Shown here: positions 14,157-32,829 of the stretch, piece after piece
How positions within the stretch are numbered: position 1 is the first letter of the stretch
Layout: the number at the start of each line of letters is the position of its first letter
Source of the DNA: the human T2T-CHM13v2.0 reference genome, Homo sapiens
Assembly: GCF_009914755.1 (NCBI RefSeq)
Contig: NC_060931.1
DNA length: 64,000 bases
Reading direction: 5' to 3' (one strand)
The notes under the pieces: generated by a model
Told to the model about the DNA's origin: nothing
What the model saw: only the letters and a program-made list of their open reading frames with translations
Database searches by the model: none
Translations under genes and position numbers: made by a program

Positions 14157-14540
14157 TGTTGTAGGTTGGCTTCCTAAAGAGCAGTTTCTGATGGAGAGAT
14201 TAATGTGCCAGAGATTTATTAGGGGAGCTACTAGGGTTAGCACCTGTGGGGAAGGAAAGTAAGCCAAATTGTTCAGAGGGAGGAGCTGGGCCACAGTGCA
14301 TTCATGACTGGCCTCTGCAGCTCCATAGAGAGCTTGGAGCTAGGATGGCCCTTCCTGTCATGAGATCAGGCTGTCCTGGGAAGGGGGCATAACCCCAGGC
14401 AGGGTGGCTCTCTGCAGGTGAGGGCAATTCCAGAACGGGCTGGCAGTTGAGGGCTGTTAGCCAACATTCCCAGCAGCTTGCGGGACAGGACCTGCTGTCC
14501 TGCTGGGGAGCTGGGTGGCAAAGCAGAGCAACCACAACAG
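14157..14540 (-). mobile_element. ERVL LTR (LTR16A-like)
   Basis: TGTTGTAGGTTGGCTTCC...GATGGAGAGATTAATGTGCCAGAGATTTATTAGGGGAG...CACAACA. Confidence 0.65.
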
Positions 14541-14912
14541 CTGCCTACTTTTTTAAAGGTTTTTATTAATCCCCTAGCACTGGATCTGAAAGACCCATGG
14601 GATCAACGGGCTCTGTTGGGAAGTGCTGACAGTGCTTGAGGCATTAGTTAGGGAGAGAAAGGCTTTTAAGTATATGTAAGAGGAAATAGGACGATATTGG
14701 GCAGGGTGAGATTTGTCAGTAGATGTTAAGGTAGAGGGACCTGGATGAGAGTCAGGAATCCTACCTGGTTATCTAGCTCCTACCAGGGCTCAAGCTACAA
14801 CACTGACTGGACCCTTGGTGGCCTCCCCTGTGAACCCAGGGGACGAGGAAAGACTTGGTGACTCCCATCTCTCCTCCTGGCCCTGGCACGCGGGAGCTCT
14901 CTAAGTCTCATC

Positions 14913-15213
14913 TTTTCTTTTGCTTTGTTTTTCTGAGACTGAGTCTCTGTTGCCCAGGCTGGAGTGCAGTGGTGTGATCTAGGCTCACTGCAGCCTCTGC
15001 CTCCTGGGTTCAAGCGATTCTCTGCCTCAGCCTCTTGAGTAGCTGGGACTACAGGGGTGCACCACCACGCTTAGCTAATTTTTGTACTTTTTTAGTAGAG
15101 TTGGGGTTTCACTATGTTGGCCAGGCTAGTCTCAAACTCCTGACCTCAAGTGATCCTCCCACCTTTGCCTCCTAAAGTGCTGAGATTACGAGTGTGAGCC
15201 ACCATGCTCAGCC
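14913..15213 (-). mobile_element. AluS
   Basis: Alu body; TSD TCTCATCTT. Confidence 0.9.
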
Positions 15214-15575
15214 ATCTCATCTTGATGGCTCCAGTGTGGAGCAAATCACAGTTCCTAACTCACCCTTTGAAGGGCTAAGAAACTCCGAAATGATTCAGAT
15301 TTCAATTAGGGAGTTTGTGAACCTTCTCCTGTCTCCTTGCTCTGATTCCTGGGTTGTTGGTGGGGGCAGAAAGCAGAGATAAGATCCAAGCCAGGCCACT
15401 TGATAAAGAATCATGCCTTTTTCTCCTTCCTCTCCCTCACGATCCTGAGCAGGCACAGGTATGACTGGGACACTCCAATTCATTACTGAGCTGAAGGCAG
15501 CAGATCACAGAAGGAAAGCTAGAGAATGGGGAGGGGAGCCAAGAGTTAGAAAACCAGTGACTTAAACACAAGGCC

Positions 15576-15681
15576 CCCTTGCTTTGCAGCACATATACCA
15601 AAATTGGAATGAGACTGAGAGATTAGCATGGCCCCTGTGCAAAGAGGACACAAAAATTCATGAAGTGTTTCATATTGTTTT
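15576..15681 (+). pseudogene. U6 snRNA processed pseudogene (near full length, diverged)
   Basis: GCAGCACATATACCAAAATTGGAA...GATTAGCATGGCCCCTGTGCAA...AAATTCATGAAGTGTTTCATATTGTTTT aligns to U6; ACAGAGA box mutated to ACTGAGA. Confidence 0.9.
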
Positions 15682-15832
15682 CAGGGGCTGGTTAAAAAGA
15701 TTCTGGAGATGGATAGTGATGAGGGCTGAACAACAATGTGAATGTACTTAATGTCACTGAACTGTACAGTTAAAAATGGCCAAAATGGTAAATTTTGTTA
15801 TATTTTACCACAATTTTTATAAACAAATAAAC
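15682..15832 (+). mobile_element. Old L1 (L1MB/ME-like) extreme 3' end, fused to the U6 copy
   Basis: TTCTGGAGATGGATAGTGATG...AACAATGTGAATGTACTTAATGTCACTGAACTGTAC...ATATTTTACCACAAT followed by an A-rich tail. Confidence 0.8.
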
Positions 15833-16004
15833 ATGACCGTGAGAGATAAAAGGCTACATAAAGACATCATAAAGAGCAGCAAGCTATGAAGTGAAAGTCA
15901 CACAATTATATTAATGATGTCAATTATAGCCAAAAGAAAAGCAAATCTTGAAACCCCTATGCAAGCCCTCAGTCATTTCATATACCATGATGTAAGTTCA
16001 GAGT

Positions 16005-16134
16005 ATTAGAATGAGCAGGCTCGATGTCCTCTGGGTTCAAAGCCCAACTCTGACACTTAATAGCTGTGTGAACTTGGACAAGACACCTAACCTCTCTGAG
16101 CCTGTTTCCATGTGTATAAAATGAAAATGACATC
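16005..16134 (+). mobile_element. MIR 5' half (continues at 23514-23600 after the L1)
   Basis: GGTTCAAAGCCCAACTCTGACACTTAATAGCTGTGTGAACTTGGACAAG...; the 3' half AAGGCATTTAATATAGTCCCTGGTACCTAGTAG lies beyond the L1. Confidence 0.75.
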
Positions 16135-17162
16135 GATTTAGTCCAAGATGGCCGAATAGGAACAGCTCCAGTCTACAGCTCCCAGCATGAGTGACGCAGA
16201 AGGCGGGTGATTTCTGCATTTCCAACTGAGGTACCGGGTTCATTTCACTGGGGCTTGTTGGACAGTGGGTGCAGGACAGTGGGTGCAGTGCACCGAGCGT
16301 GAGCCGAAGCAGGGCGAGGCATCGCCTCACCTGGGAAGTGCAAGGGGGTCAGGGAATTCCCTTTCCTAGCCAAGGGAAGCTGTGACAGATGGCACCTGGA
16401 AAATGGGGTCACTCCCACCCTAATACTGTGCTTTTCCAATGGTCTTAGAAAACGGCACACCAGGAGATTATATCCCGTGCCTGGCTCGGAGGGTCCCACG
16501 CCCACGGAGCCTGGCTCATTGCTAGCACAGCAGTCTGAGATTGAACTGCAAGGTGGCAGCAAGGTTGGGGGAGGGGCACCCACCATTGCTGAGGCTTGAG
16601 TAGGTAAACAAAGCAGCTGGGAAGCTTGAACTGGGTGGAACCCACCACAGTTCAAGGAGGCCTGCCTGCCTCTGTAGACTCCACCTCTGGGGACAAAGCA
16701 TAGCCGAACAAAAGGCAGCAGAAAGCTCTGCAGACTTAAATGTCCCTGTCTGACAGCTTTGAAGAGAGTAGTGGTTCTCCCAGCAGAGAGTCTGAGATCT
16801 GAGAACTGACAGACTGACTCCTCAGGTGGGTCCCTGACCCCTGAGTAACCTAACTGGGAGGCACCCCCCCAACAGGGGCAGACTGACACCTCACATGGCC
16901 GGGTATCCCTCTGAGACGAAGCTTCCAGAGGAACGATCAGGCAGCAACATTTGCTGTTCAGCAATATCCACTGTTCTGCAGCCTCTGCTGCTGATACCCA
17001 GGCAAACAGGGTCTGGAGTGGACCTCCAGCAAACTCCAACAGACCTGCAGCTGAGGTTCCTGACTGTTAGAAGGAAAACTAACAAACAGAAAGGACATCC
17101 ACACCAAAACCCCATCTGTACGTCACCATCATCAAAGACCAAAGGTAGATAAAACCACAAAG
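16135..17162 (+). promoter_or_regulatory. L1 5' UTR with internal sense and antisense promoters; YY1 site
   Basis: YY1 motif CAAGATGGCCG near 16144; function is from established L1 biology, activity of this copy unknown. Confidence 0.65.
16245..16586 (-). CDS. L1 ORF0 homologue (113 aa, open frame; expression unknown)
   Basis: MVGAPPPTLLPPCSSISDCCASNEPGSVGVGPSEPG...IRVGVTPFSRC matches primate L1 ORF0; start context GCAATGG. Confidence 0.55.
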   Translation of the reverse strand: MVGAPPPTLLPPCSSISDCCASNEPGSVGVGPSEPGTGYNLLVCRFLRPLEKHSIRVGVTPFSRCHLSQLPLARKGNSLTPLHFPGEAMPRPASAHARCTAPTVLHPLSNKPQ

Positions 17163-19417
<2,255 letters not shown>

Positions 19418-19480
19418 AGAACATTGATGCTAGGAAGAAACTGCATCAAATAACGAGCAAAATAACCAGCTAACATCATA

Positions 19481-23268
<3,788 letters not shown>

Positions 23269-23784
23269 ACAATGAGAACACATGGACACAGGAAGAGGAA
23301 CCTCACACACCGGGGCCTGTCATGGGGTGGGGGGAGGGCGACGGGATAACATTAGGAGATACACCTAATGTAAATGACAAGTTAATGCGTACAGCACACC
23401 AACATGGCACATGTATACCTATGTAACAAACCTGCACGTTGTGGTCATGTACCCTAGAACTTAAAGTTTAATAATAGTAAAAAAAAAAAGGAAAAAAAAG
23501 AGAAAATGACATCAGACTCATATGTCTATTAGGAGAATCAAAGTATTACAGGCAAGGCATTTAATATAGTCCCTGGTACCTAGTAGACATTCATTAAATG
23601 TGTTTTCCTTCTCTTTCTGCAACACACAAATGCGGTGTGTTGTGGGACACAGGAACTAACTTGACAAATGGTAAGGATAAAATAAAACAAAAAAAAAGGT
23701 AATATTTGTGTAGTAGTTTCTGGCAGAGGCAGACCAGATAGAGCTAAAACACTCTAAGTTGCTGAAAAAGACTTAAAAACTTCT

Positions 23785-24216
23785 GTTAGGCATAGGGTAC
23801 TGGCCTAGCTGTTGTAACTAAGAAAGCCCCACATATAATGGTTTAAAAAGATGGGAGTTTATTTTTCTCCATGTAATAACCCAGAAGTAAACTGTTCACA
23901 GCTGACAAGGCGGCTCGTCTTTCTCAACACAGGATTTCCATCTTTGGCTCCAACGGGGTTGCTTTGGATCCTGATATCATCTAGGTAGCGGGAAGGGGGA
24001 TAAAGGCCAGGGGAAGGGAGGATGTAAATTTCTTTTAAGGACATGACTCAGAAATGACACAGCTCATTCTCACCCAGCATGACCAAATCCATGCTGTAAA
24101 GATGCCAAGAAAAGTACACTTGAACTGGCCAGAGAAATTCTCAGCTAAAACACAGGAGTGCTCTTATTAAAGACAGGGAATATGGATGTTGCTGGACAGG
24201 TAGCCATCTCAGCCAC
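23785..24216 (-). mobile_element. MaLR LTR (MLT1J/K-like)
   Basis: GCTGTTGTAACT...AATGGTTTAAAAAGATGGGAGTTTATTTTTCTC...TCTCAGCCACA. Confidence 0.6.
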
Positions 24217-24319
24217 ATACCTGTGTTATGTTTTCTCTAGTCTAAAACTTCAGGCTTTCAAAAAACAAACAAAACAACAAAGCTAACATAAACTCCAAAA
24301 TATAAGCCCAATTTCTTTC

Positions 24320-24775
24320 TTGTTATTCAATAAATATTTATAGACTACTTACTATGCACTAGGCACTATTTGAAACATTGCAGATTCAGCAGACTGCAAA
24401 ACAGATCAGCTTCCCGATCCCAGAAAGCTGTATTCAATAGGGAGAGAAGGTAAACAAATGAAAAACAGAAACAACAGTAGATACCAGTAAGAGCAAAGAT
24501 GAAAATTAAGGCAATGGGGAAATGAGCGACTGGGTGGCTCCTCCCTTTGGGTGGTTAGGGAAGTCAGCCAGGCATTGGAAGAGCGGGAAGCAGAAAGTGC
24601 CTGCACGGGAAGCTGCAAGGGCAAAGGTCCCGATGCCGGGAAGATCTTGGAGGGTTTGTGACACGGAAGGGCTGGTGTGGCTGGATTTAGTGGGAGAGGG
24701 AGAAGGTTATAAGGGGAGAGAAGAGATCAGAAAGGCAGCTGGGAGCAGGCTTGTAGAGGGCTTTGCTAGCCAGGG
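24320..24775 (-). mobile_element. L2 3' fragment
   Basis: ATTCAATAAATATTTATAGACTACTTACTATGCACTAGGCACT, antisense L2 3' end. Confidence 0.75.
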
Positions 24776-25364
24776 ACAGTTTGTTCTCTGGCATTTTCCA
24801 GCACTGATTGCATTGTACACAAAGTAGGCACCCAATGAGTGATGAATGAACAAACTAAAAGATAAAGACCTGAGGCTGTTGACACTCATAGCTTTCCTTT
24901 GCTTTACTTGGCAAAGATTAGGATTAACCTCTACTCATCCTTTGCATACCTCTCGCTCAGAACCTCAACACCTCTTTCTCCTTGCAAGATTGTTCTTAGT
25001 GTCCTTGGTAGCCCAGTGTCCCCTGGTTAAAAATGGCCTTAGGGAAAGAATTTGCGGAAAAGATGGCTATCTGAAGAAGATGACCACATCTCCTTTTTGG
25101 CTTTGTCTATTCTGTTCAACAGCTCCCATTCTGATTTTTTCCATAGGGTTTAGCAGATCTGGCATCAGCCTGCCACTCTTGGTTAGGGTTAAGTTTGAAG
25201 AGGCAGTGTAACAGTGGAGTGGCAGGATGGGATGGTAGTGAAGGCTGTGGCCTTTAGAGCCAGACTGCCCGAGTAAGGTACCTAGCCTTCTTGGTCATCA
25301 ATTTACTTATCTGTGAAATGGGCAACCATAATCGTTCATGACTGCAATATTGAAAGCTTTGAAA

Positions 25365-25642
25365 CTAAGATTTTTAGTAACTCACTTGAGGCAACACCTG
25401 TCCTGAGTTAATCTGAAACTGTTTGGAAGGAAAACTTGACATGAAACTACTTATAATCATTATTTATTCCATTTTTTAAATATTAGTGCATTTTGTTTGA
25501 TTAGGAGACAGTCATAGACCCTTCCAGGGGAGTTATATAATTTATAATGTAATTTATAATGGGCCATACTTCTTAAAATCTGAAAAATTTTGAATTCCAA
25601 AACACTGGGCTTCAAGAATTTGGATAAAGGACTGTGAACCAT
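25365..25642. mobile_element. Tigger-family MITE (MER46C-like)
   Basis: AAAATCTGAAAAATTTTGAATTCCAAAACAC...TTGGATAAAGGACTGTGAACC. Confidence 0.5.
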
Positions 25643-25924
25643 TACTGTCCTTCCTAAAACATGGCAGCTAAAATGAATGTGAGCTGGCAGTTGTGGTTAA
25701 TGTGCCAGCTCAAAGTTAAATGGGGAGTGAGAAGGTGTCTGGATGTCATGGAGTCATTCTCCAAACTTGCATTTCACCCTTGTGGGTGAGATGGTAAAAT
25801 GTGGCTCAAATGATACAGTAGGAGGATTTTCCAGGCCTCACAGGAGTGTTTTTTGGGGGGAGATCTTACGGTGCTCCAGCTCTGGCCATTCTCCAGCTAA
25901 TGGATTCAGAGGTGATTTCTGATA

Positions 25925-26400
25925 AATGGGGGTTCTTTTGGTTTCAGGTAAGCAACAGAAGTCCACATAAACTAGCTCAAGCTAGAGGATTATCAACGAA
26001 GCCAAAGTCAAGAGGCAGCTGGGCCTTAGGGATGTTCTGGAACTAGGAATGAAAGCACCGTGGACAGTTAAGGCTTCCCTCACTCTCTTTTTCCTGCTTG
26101 TATGCAAGTCCATCCATCCATCCATCTGGCTGCAGAGCAGCTTTCTCTGCTTACTAATCCACTTGGCAAAAACCAGCTACTGTCAACAGCTTCTGAGCTG
26201 TCTCTCCTGCATGAATTCCAAGCTCCCCAGGAGTAGGACATGGGCTTGGCCCATTGGGCTAAGGAGATGCGGTGGTGTGTGGGGTCAGGTCACCCTGCCC
26301 AAACATGGCTTCTCCCTCAGTAACTTTGTGGATGGAGAGGAATGGGCAGCTACTAGTAAAATGTGGGAAGGTTGTGTGGGGAAACTGTGTGAAGGTTAGA
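25925..26400 (-). mobile_element. Old MaLR LTR (MLT1K/L-like)
   Basis: GGTTCTTTTGGTT...AGCAACAGAA...AACTAGCT start; similar to 32040-32460. Confidence 0.45.
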
Positions 26401-27659
26401 GAGCAGAAGAGTTGGATTGAGCAGACCCTGGTTCACACCAAACCAAAAACAAATAGTAAAGTGATGAGCAGGTAGGACAGGCTATAAGCAGAGGTGTCTC
26501 TGATCCTGTATCTTGAAGGAAAATCACACTCACCTTCACTACCACATCTGTTTGTACCAATGGCGGTTTTTTAAAAAAGGCAAGGTGAGAAACTGATCAG
26601 TTCAGGAAGGCGCTATCTGGTTCTTGTTGGGGTAGGATGGGGGAAGGTATAGAAAGGAAGATAGAGCAACAGCACTAGAGAACAAAGGGATGGTTGAAGT
26701 GTTTCACCTCCCCAGTCTATCAGTGCACAGGCTGTGCCTGGTTTCCTTCCACACAGCTGTGTCTCAACATCAGAACAAAGGATTTCCTCTGGGCCCTTTT
26801 GTACAGGTCGACCCAAGATCCTTCCTTGCCTATCAGCTCCTGGGGGCTATGACCACTTTAGATGTGGCCCCGCCTCATTCTTCCTGCTGAGAGACAAAAT
26901 CAGGAGAAGTCCAGTTCCCAGGAAGACAGTAGGAGGAAGATTAGGAGGAAGGAGTCCCTGCTGTCCTTCCCATGGTAGAAAAACCATGCCTTCCTCCCCA
27001 AGATTTCACTTAATTGCTACTCCTTTAACTGTGTAGTTACCTTGCACTTGGCATGTTTACTGGGTGGGACAAAAATCAAGGGTCTGCTTGAGGACTTTTG
27101 GAGAGGAGACAAATCCAAATACCTTCTGACTTGGGAGCCACTTACAAGCTTAGGTCCAATCTGTATGATTGGAGAAAGTAGCCCAGGACTATCTTTTCAT
27201 ATAGATGCAGAGGCGCAGAACAAATAAAGCCCCATTCTTTGATAATTTACCTGGGGTTCAGAAAGTTTATTCTGAGCTTAATTCCATAAGATCTTCTCCA
27301 AATATATGTTGCAGTCACTGGCTCCTTCTTGGCATTTGAGCTAACATGGAACATTTTCCTCTCTAGCCCTCCTAGTTCTGTGATTTAGATTGACCATGAG
27401 GGCAAGGTAATAGAGGAGGAAGGTGAGGAAAGGACCAGAAATATGATGTGTCTGCAGACAGCAGGAGTATCTAGTCTTGTAAGCTGTTGCCTCCCTGATG
27501 CAGCCCTAGATTCCCTAGAAAGGACCTGCTCCTGCCCCCACCAGTTGCCATGGCAGCAGGTTCCAAGTAACTCCAGCCCAAAGTTTTACACTTAAGAGGC
27601 ATGCAACCAACAGGTAAGTAATGACAAGAAGGGCTGTGTGTGCAGTTTGGGTAAGATCA

Positions 27660-27815
27660 GGCCCTGGTAGAAAGAGCTGTGGGCTGGAGGTCTGACAACC
27701 TGGGTTTGAGTCATGGCTCTGCATGGTGAAAACTTGGGCAAGTCACTCACTCCTCCTGAACTTCAATTTTCATATCTATAAAATAAGTTAAGATTGATGA
27801 TCTCTGGGATACTTC
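27660..27815 (+). mobile_element. MIR
   Basis: CCTGGGTTTGAGTCATGGCTCTGC...TTGGGCAAGTCACT...CATATCTATAAAAT. Confidence 0.7.
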
Positions 27816-27931
27816 CTGCTCCAACTTGCTGGGTTCTGCTTGCCTTTTGAGCATCACAGTTCCAGAAGCACTCTAGGCCTTTACCTGGAAAGCATGGAGC
27901 CAGGAAATGTGAAACTCGAATAGCCAGTTGG

Positions 27932-28388
27932 ATTGGTCTACTTAGGCTGCTGTAGCAAAGTACCCCGTGCTGGGCGGCTTAAACAACAGAAACACATTGT
28001 CTCACAGTCCTGGAGGCTGGAAGTTCATGATCAAGGTGTTAGTAGGGTTGGTTCCTCCTTAGGGCTGCAAGGGAGAACCTGTCCCAGGCCCCTCCCCTAG
28101 CTTCTGATGGTTTTTGGGCAGTCTTTGGTGTTCCTTGGCTTGTAGCTGCATCACCTGGTGTCTGCCTCCATCTTCATGTGGCATCCTCCCTGTGTGTGTG
28201 TCCGTCTCTGTGTCCAAATTTCCCTGTCCATGACACCAGTCACATTGGATTAGGGTCCATCCTAATGATCTCACTTCAACTTTATTACCTCTGTAAATAC
28301 TGTATTTCTGAATAATGTTACATTCTGAGGTACTAGCAGTTACGACCTCAACTTATCTTTTCTGGAGGAAACAATTCAACCTATAATA
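27932..28388 (-). mobile_element. MaLR LTR (MLT1C/D-like)
   Basis: GGCTGCTGTAGCAAAGTACC...GGCTTAAACAACAGAAA...TCTCACAGTCCTGGAGGCTGGAAG...ACAATTCAACC. Confidence 0.85.
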
Positions 28389-28906
28389 CCAGTTGTAAGT
28401 CTTGGCTAAATATCTCTGCATGGAAGAAGTGGAAAAAGTGAACTAAAAATAAGTTTTTATTTTTTAAAATCAGGTGATATTTTTATGCAATACTTGAAGC
28501 TGTATTTACCAGCTGTTATCAGGTTTGAGATGTAGTGTTCCAACAAATGATTCTCTGAAAGGAAACATAACATGCTCCTTTCTTTCTTTTCCTTTTTACT
28601 TGCTTGTTCCCTCCATTCTTTTTGTTTCTAACTTCAATGCATTAATTCTTACTCCATTCCCCTCCACTCTCCCTACCTGGGTTTTGCAAAATAAAGACAA
28701 ATCTGTTCTTTATTCTCTGGTTCACCTTCTAGAAGAAAAATGCAGCCAACATCCTTATTGAATCATTACTTCTGCTTTCAAAGCCCCCTTTCTTCCTCTC
28801 CACCTTTCCAGGAACTGAGAAATCTTGGGGCTGGATGAGACCTGAGATGTTTTCTAAGCCCCTAACTGACTTGGGTCTCTTGTACAACAGCCAACAGCCT
28901 GCCACC

Positions 28907-29539
<633 letters not shown>

Positions 29540-29829
29540 GTCTGCTGCATTTTTAAGCCATCTCTGCATGATTATCTCACCACTTCTGAGGTATACGTTT
29601 GATGACTATAAGCATTAGGTAGATCTGTGTTAGGTTGAAATCCAGGTGCCCATTCTGTCACTTCTGAGCTGCCTGGAGCATGACAGAGCAAAGCCATTGC
29701 ATCTTCCAAGAGGCAGCCCCAAGAAGCAACACCAGCTACTTAGCCCCAGGCTCCTATTAACATTTGAGAGACAGACATCTCTGGTTCTACTAGTTATTTA
29801 GCCAGTCAACTTCAGGATCTGTAACTAAC

Positions 29830-30030
29830 TAGTAGAGTGATATAGGCTCTTAGACTTGAGTTATAGGTAAAAGACTTGAATTTCAAGTACCTGCTCTCTC
29901 AATTACTACCTTAACTTTTCAGAATCTCAGTCTGTTCGTCCACAGAATGAAGACCACAGGACTTGTGTTCATTCTTCGTAGGATTGCTGTGAGAGCAAAT
30001 AGGACAATGTCTCTGAAAGCGGTTTGTCAC
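29830..30030 (+). mobile_element. MIR
   Basis: TCTCAGTCTGTTCGTCCACAGAATG...TAGGATTGCTGTGAGAG...TGAAAGC. Confidence 0.5.
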
Positions 30031-31518
30031 TACTACTGTTACTACTATTGCTGCTGCTGCTACTATTAGCTCCTGGCTGGAGGTTCTCTTTCTAGACTGG
30101 GTTAAGATAGGAAGTCTATAAGGAAACTTCTGCTGTAAGTCACCTTGAGCTTCTAGGAAGTGGCTGGGGACAGGATGTCTGGAAAAGCCAAGAGGGGTTA
30201 TTCAAAGAATTACTTTTCTAATCTGTGACCCAAGTTCTGATTTTTTTTGCTGGATTATAGAGCTGCCTGGGAAATGGCCAAGTTCAGTTCTTAGAAGAAA
30301 AAAATCTAAGTGCATGTACTGTTTTGGAATGAGTTAAGCAAAACACAGAATGACAGCCATCATTTGGATCCTCTCATCCAAAGCAAGAATTAGCTCCCCT
30401 TCAATATCAGAGACTTTAAGAAAAAATGGACAGAAAAGAGTTATTGTGTAATGAATGGCAAGAAAAGAAAGTGCTAGGGGTTTGTTCCCTCCTGGCCTAC
30501 TCTTTCTCACGTACATCCCTTCCAGCATTAAGCAGAACAAAAGAACTGCGTGTGTACAAATTACAGGTGAAATTGTTGGTAGCCTGGGGATGGGCTCTCC
30601 CTCTCGGATGTAGACCTGAGGCCTGAAGGCTCCCACTTATTAGCACTGATGGACCCACAGCCTCCATTCCACCCCTGTGGTTTGCAAAGTGAGTTTCTCA
30701 CCATGCGGGGCCTGTTGTTGCCCTGCTCTAGTCTAAGCGAGCATTTGGAAGTCCTTTCAGTCATTCTAATGAAGAGAGAAAGGAGGTTGCTTTCAGGTGC
30801 CTGAGGGCCTGGCATCTGCGGTGCTTACACATGAGTGATTTTAGTATCCAGAGAATTACATCAGGAACTAATTCAAGCCAATCCTAAATTATTTATCTGG
30901 GACAGATTTCTTATTCACTCTCTTGTTCAAGATAAATAGATTGTTGCTCTGATATTTTCATAAAACATCTTAATAAATCTCAAATGTTTGCTTCTGTGCC
31001 TTTCTGATATCCTAGCCATTATTCATTTTTGGTTTGGATTTGACCTTGGTCTAATAGAGCTACAAGACTTCCCCAGGTCCTTGCTACCACTAGGTGTAGT
31101 CACCTGAAAAATAGTTTTGTATCGTTGGTGAAACCATCTGGTGGTGGTATGAATATATATTTAGAGATAACAGAAATAAGGACTTTGAATCTTTACCTCA
31201 GAATATCCCAAAGTAAGCAAAATATAAAATACACATTTTTTAAAAGTGAAGGAACCATATTGGAGTAGTAATTCCCAAGCTTTTCTATTTATCACAGTTA
31301 TCCCAGTAGGTCCTCAGTGTGGCCTTTTCAATTCTGGTTTTTGAAAAAGCTCCACTGATGTTTCTGATAGGCTCCACTCCACTACAATAGTAATTTATGT
31401 TTTCTAATTCAAACTCTGCCAGCCCTGGCCTATCAAAATGTGATGTTATTTGTTCTCATTAAATCAAATTATTTTCAATATTATTTATAAACTACAAGCT
31501 GAACTTATTTCATGCATG

Positions 31519-31823
31519 CTTTTTTTTTTTTTTTTTTTTTTTTTTTTGAGACAGAGTCTCACTTTGTCACCCAAGCTGGAGTGCAGTGAAGTACAGCTCA
31601 CTGCAGCATTGGACTCCCAGGCTCTCAAGGAATCCTCCTGCCTCAGCCTCCTGTGTAGCTAGGACTACAGGGATGCACCACCACATTCAGCTAATTTATT
31701 TTTTGTAGAAACAGGGTCTTGCTATGTTTCCCAGGCTGGTCTTGAACTCCTGGCCTCAAGTGATAATCCTGTCTCAGCCTCCCAGAGTACTGAGGTTGCA
31801 GGTGTGAACTGCCATGCCTAGAC
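31519..31823 (-). mobile_element. AluJ
   Basis: Long T tract, Alu body, flanks ATTCA..GCATGCTTTTT. Confidence 0.9.
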
Positions 31824-32472
31824 TATTCAGAGCATGCTTTTTAAAAATTTAGACTAATTTACCAAATCTTAGCTAAGGTATTCTCTTGCTCATGGGCAAA
31901 GTAATTTATTCTACTTCCCTTGTTTTTATTTAACTCTTTAATTCTCTTATAGTTAAAAAAAAATAGACTTAGTAGGGAATAATTTGAGAAAAATCATTTC
32001 AGTGGCCATGCACTTGTGATTTTATGTATACAGCTGTGTAAGTCTGGGTTTTTTGGGGTTGTGGCATCAGAATCCACCTCACACTAGCTGAAGCAGAAAA
32101 TGAATGTATTGGCTCATGTAGCTGCAAAGTCCAAGGATGCAGCCGCTTTAGCTAGAGTCGGAGATTTCATTAATCACTCCACGGCCTTCATAACCTAAGC
32201 CCCCTTTTCTCCCAGTGCAAATAGACGTCCTCCTTATGGCTAAGAGAAGTGGCCACCAGCAGCCTGAGATTTACAACCCACAGCTAAGCAACCCCAATAG
32301 AAAAATCTCCCTCCTAATATCTGTATATCAGCTGCAGGAAAGTCTCCATTTATTAACCCCTTCTAGGGTCACATCTCACTGGCGTTGATGGTGCACAGAG
32401 ATTGACAGCACCACCTAGACCACACAGAGTGGGGAGGCGCTCTTCAGAGAAAAGATAGAGTCGTCCGTGGAA

Positions 32473-32555
32473 CAGGGGTTGGCAAACTTTTCTGGAAAGG
32501 GCCAGACAGTAAATATTTTAGGCTTTATGAGCTACATACCATCTCTGCTGCAAAT
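32473..32555 (+). mobile_element. MER58 (hAT-Charlie) 5' fragment
   Basis: CAGGGGTTGGCAAACTTTTCTGGAAAGGGCCAGACAGTAAATATTTTAGGCTTT. Confidence 0.8.
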
Positions 32556-32829
32556 TCTTCTTCTCCTACAAAGCTTGCTTAGTACTACACCGAGGAACAA
32601 GTACTGGGAGCAGAATCAAAATTATGCAGAAAAGGACAATAGGGACAAAGGAAAAAAGGAGAGAAGAGCGAGGGGTAGGGGTGCAGAAGCATGTATTTTA
32701 GAAAGTCTTTAGGGCACATTTCTCATCACAAACAACAAAACAAGAAGTTGTAGAGCGAGGAAGCTGGAAAATCTATCCTTGGCCATCCATCCTCTGCCAA
32801 ATAAAAAAAAAAAAAAAAAGGAAAATTTA

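Noticed and set aside
15576-15681. Functional U6 snRNA gene
   Set aside because: Many substitutions including the ACAGAGA box, no clear upstream TATA, and direct fusion to an L1 tail.
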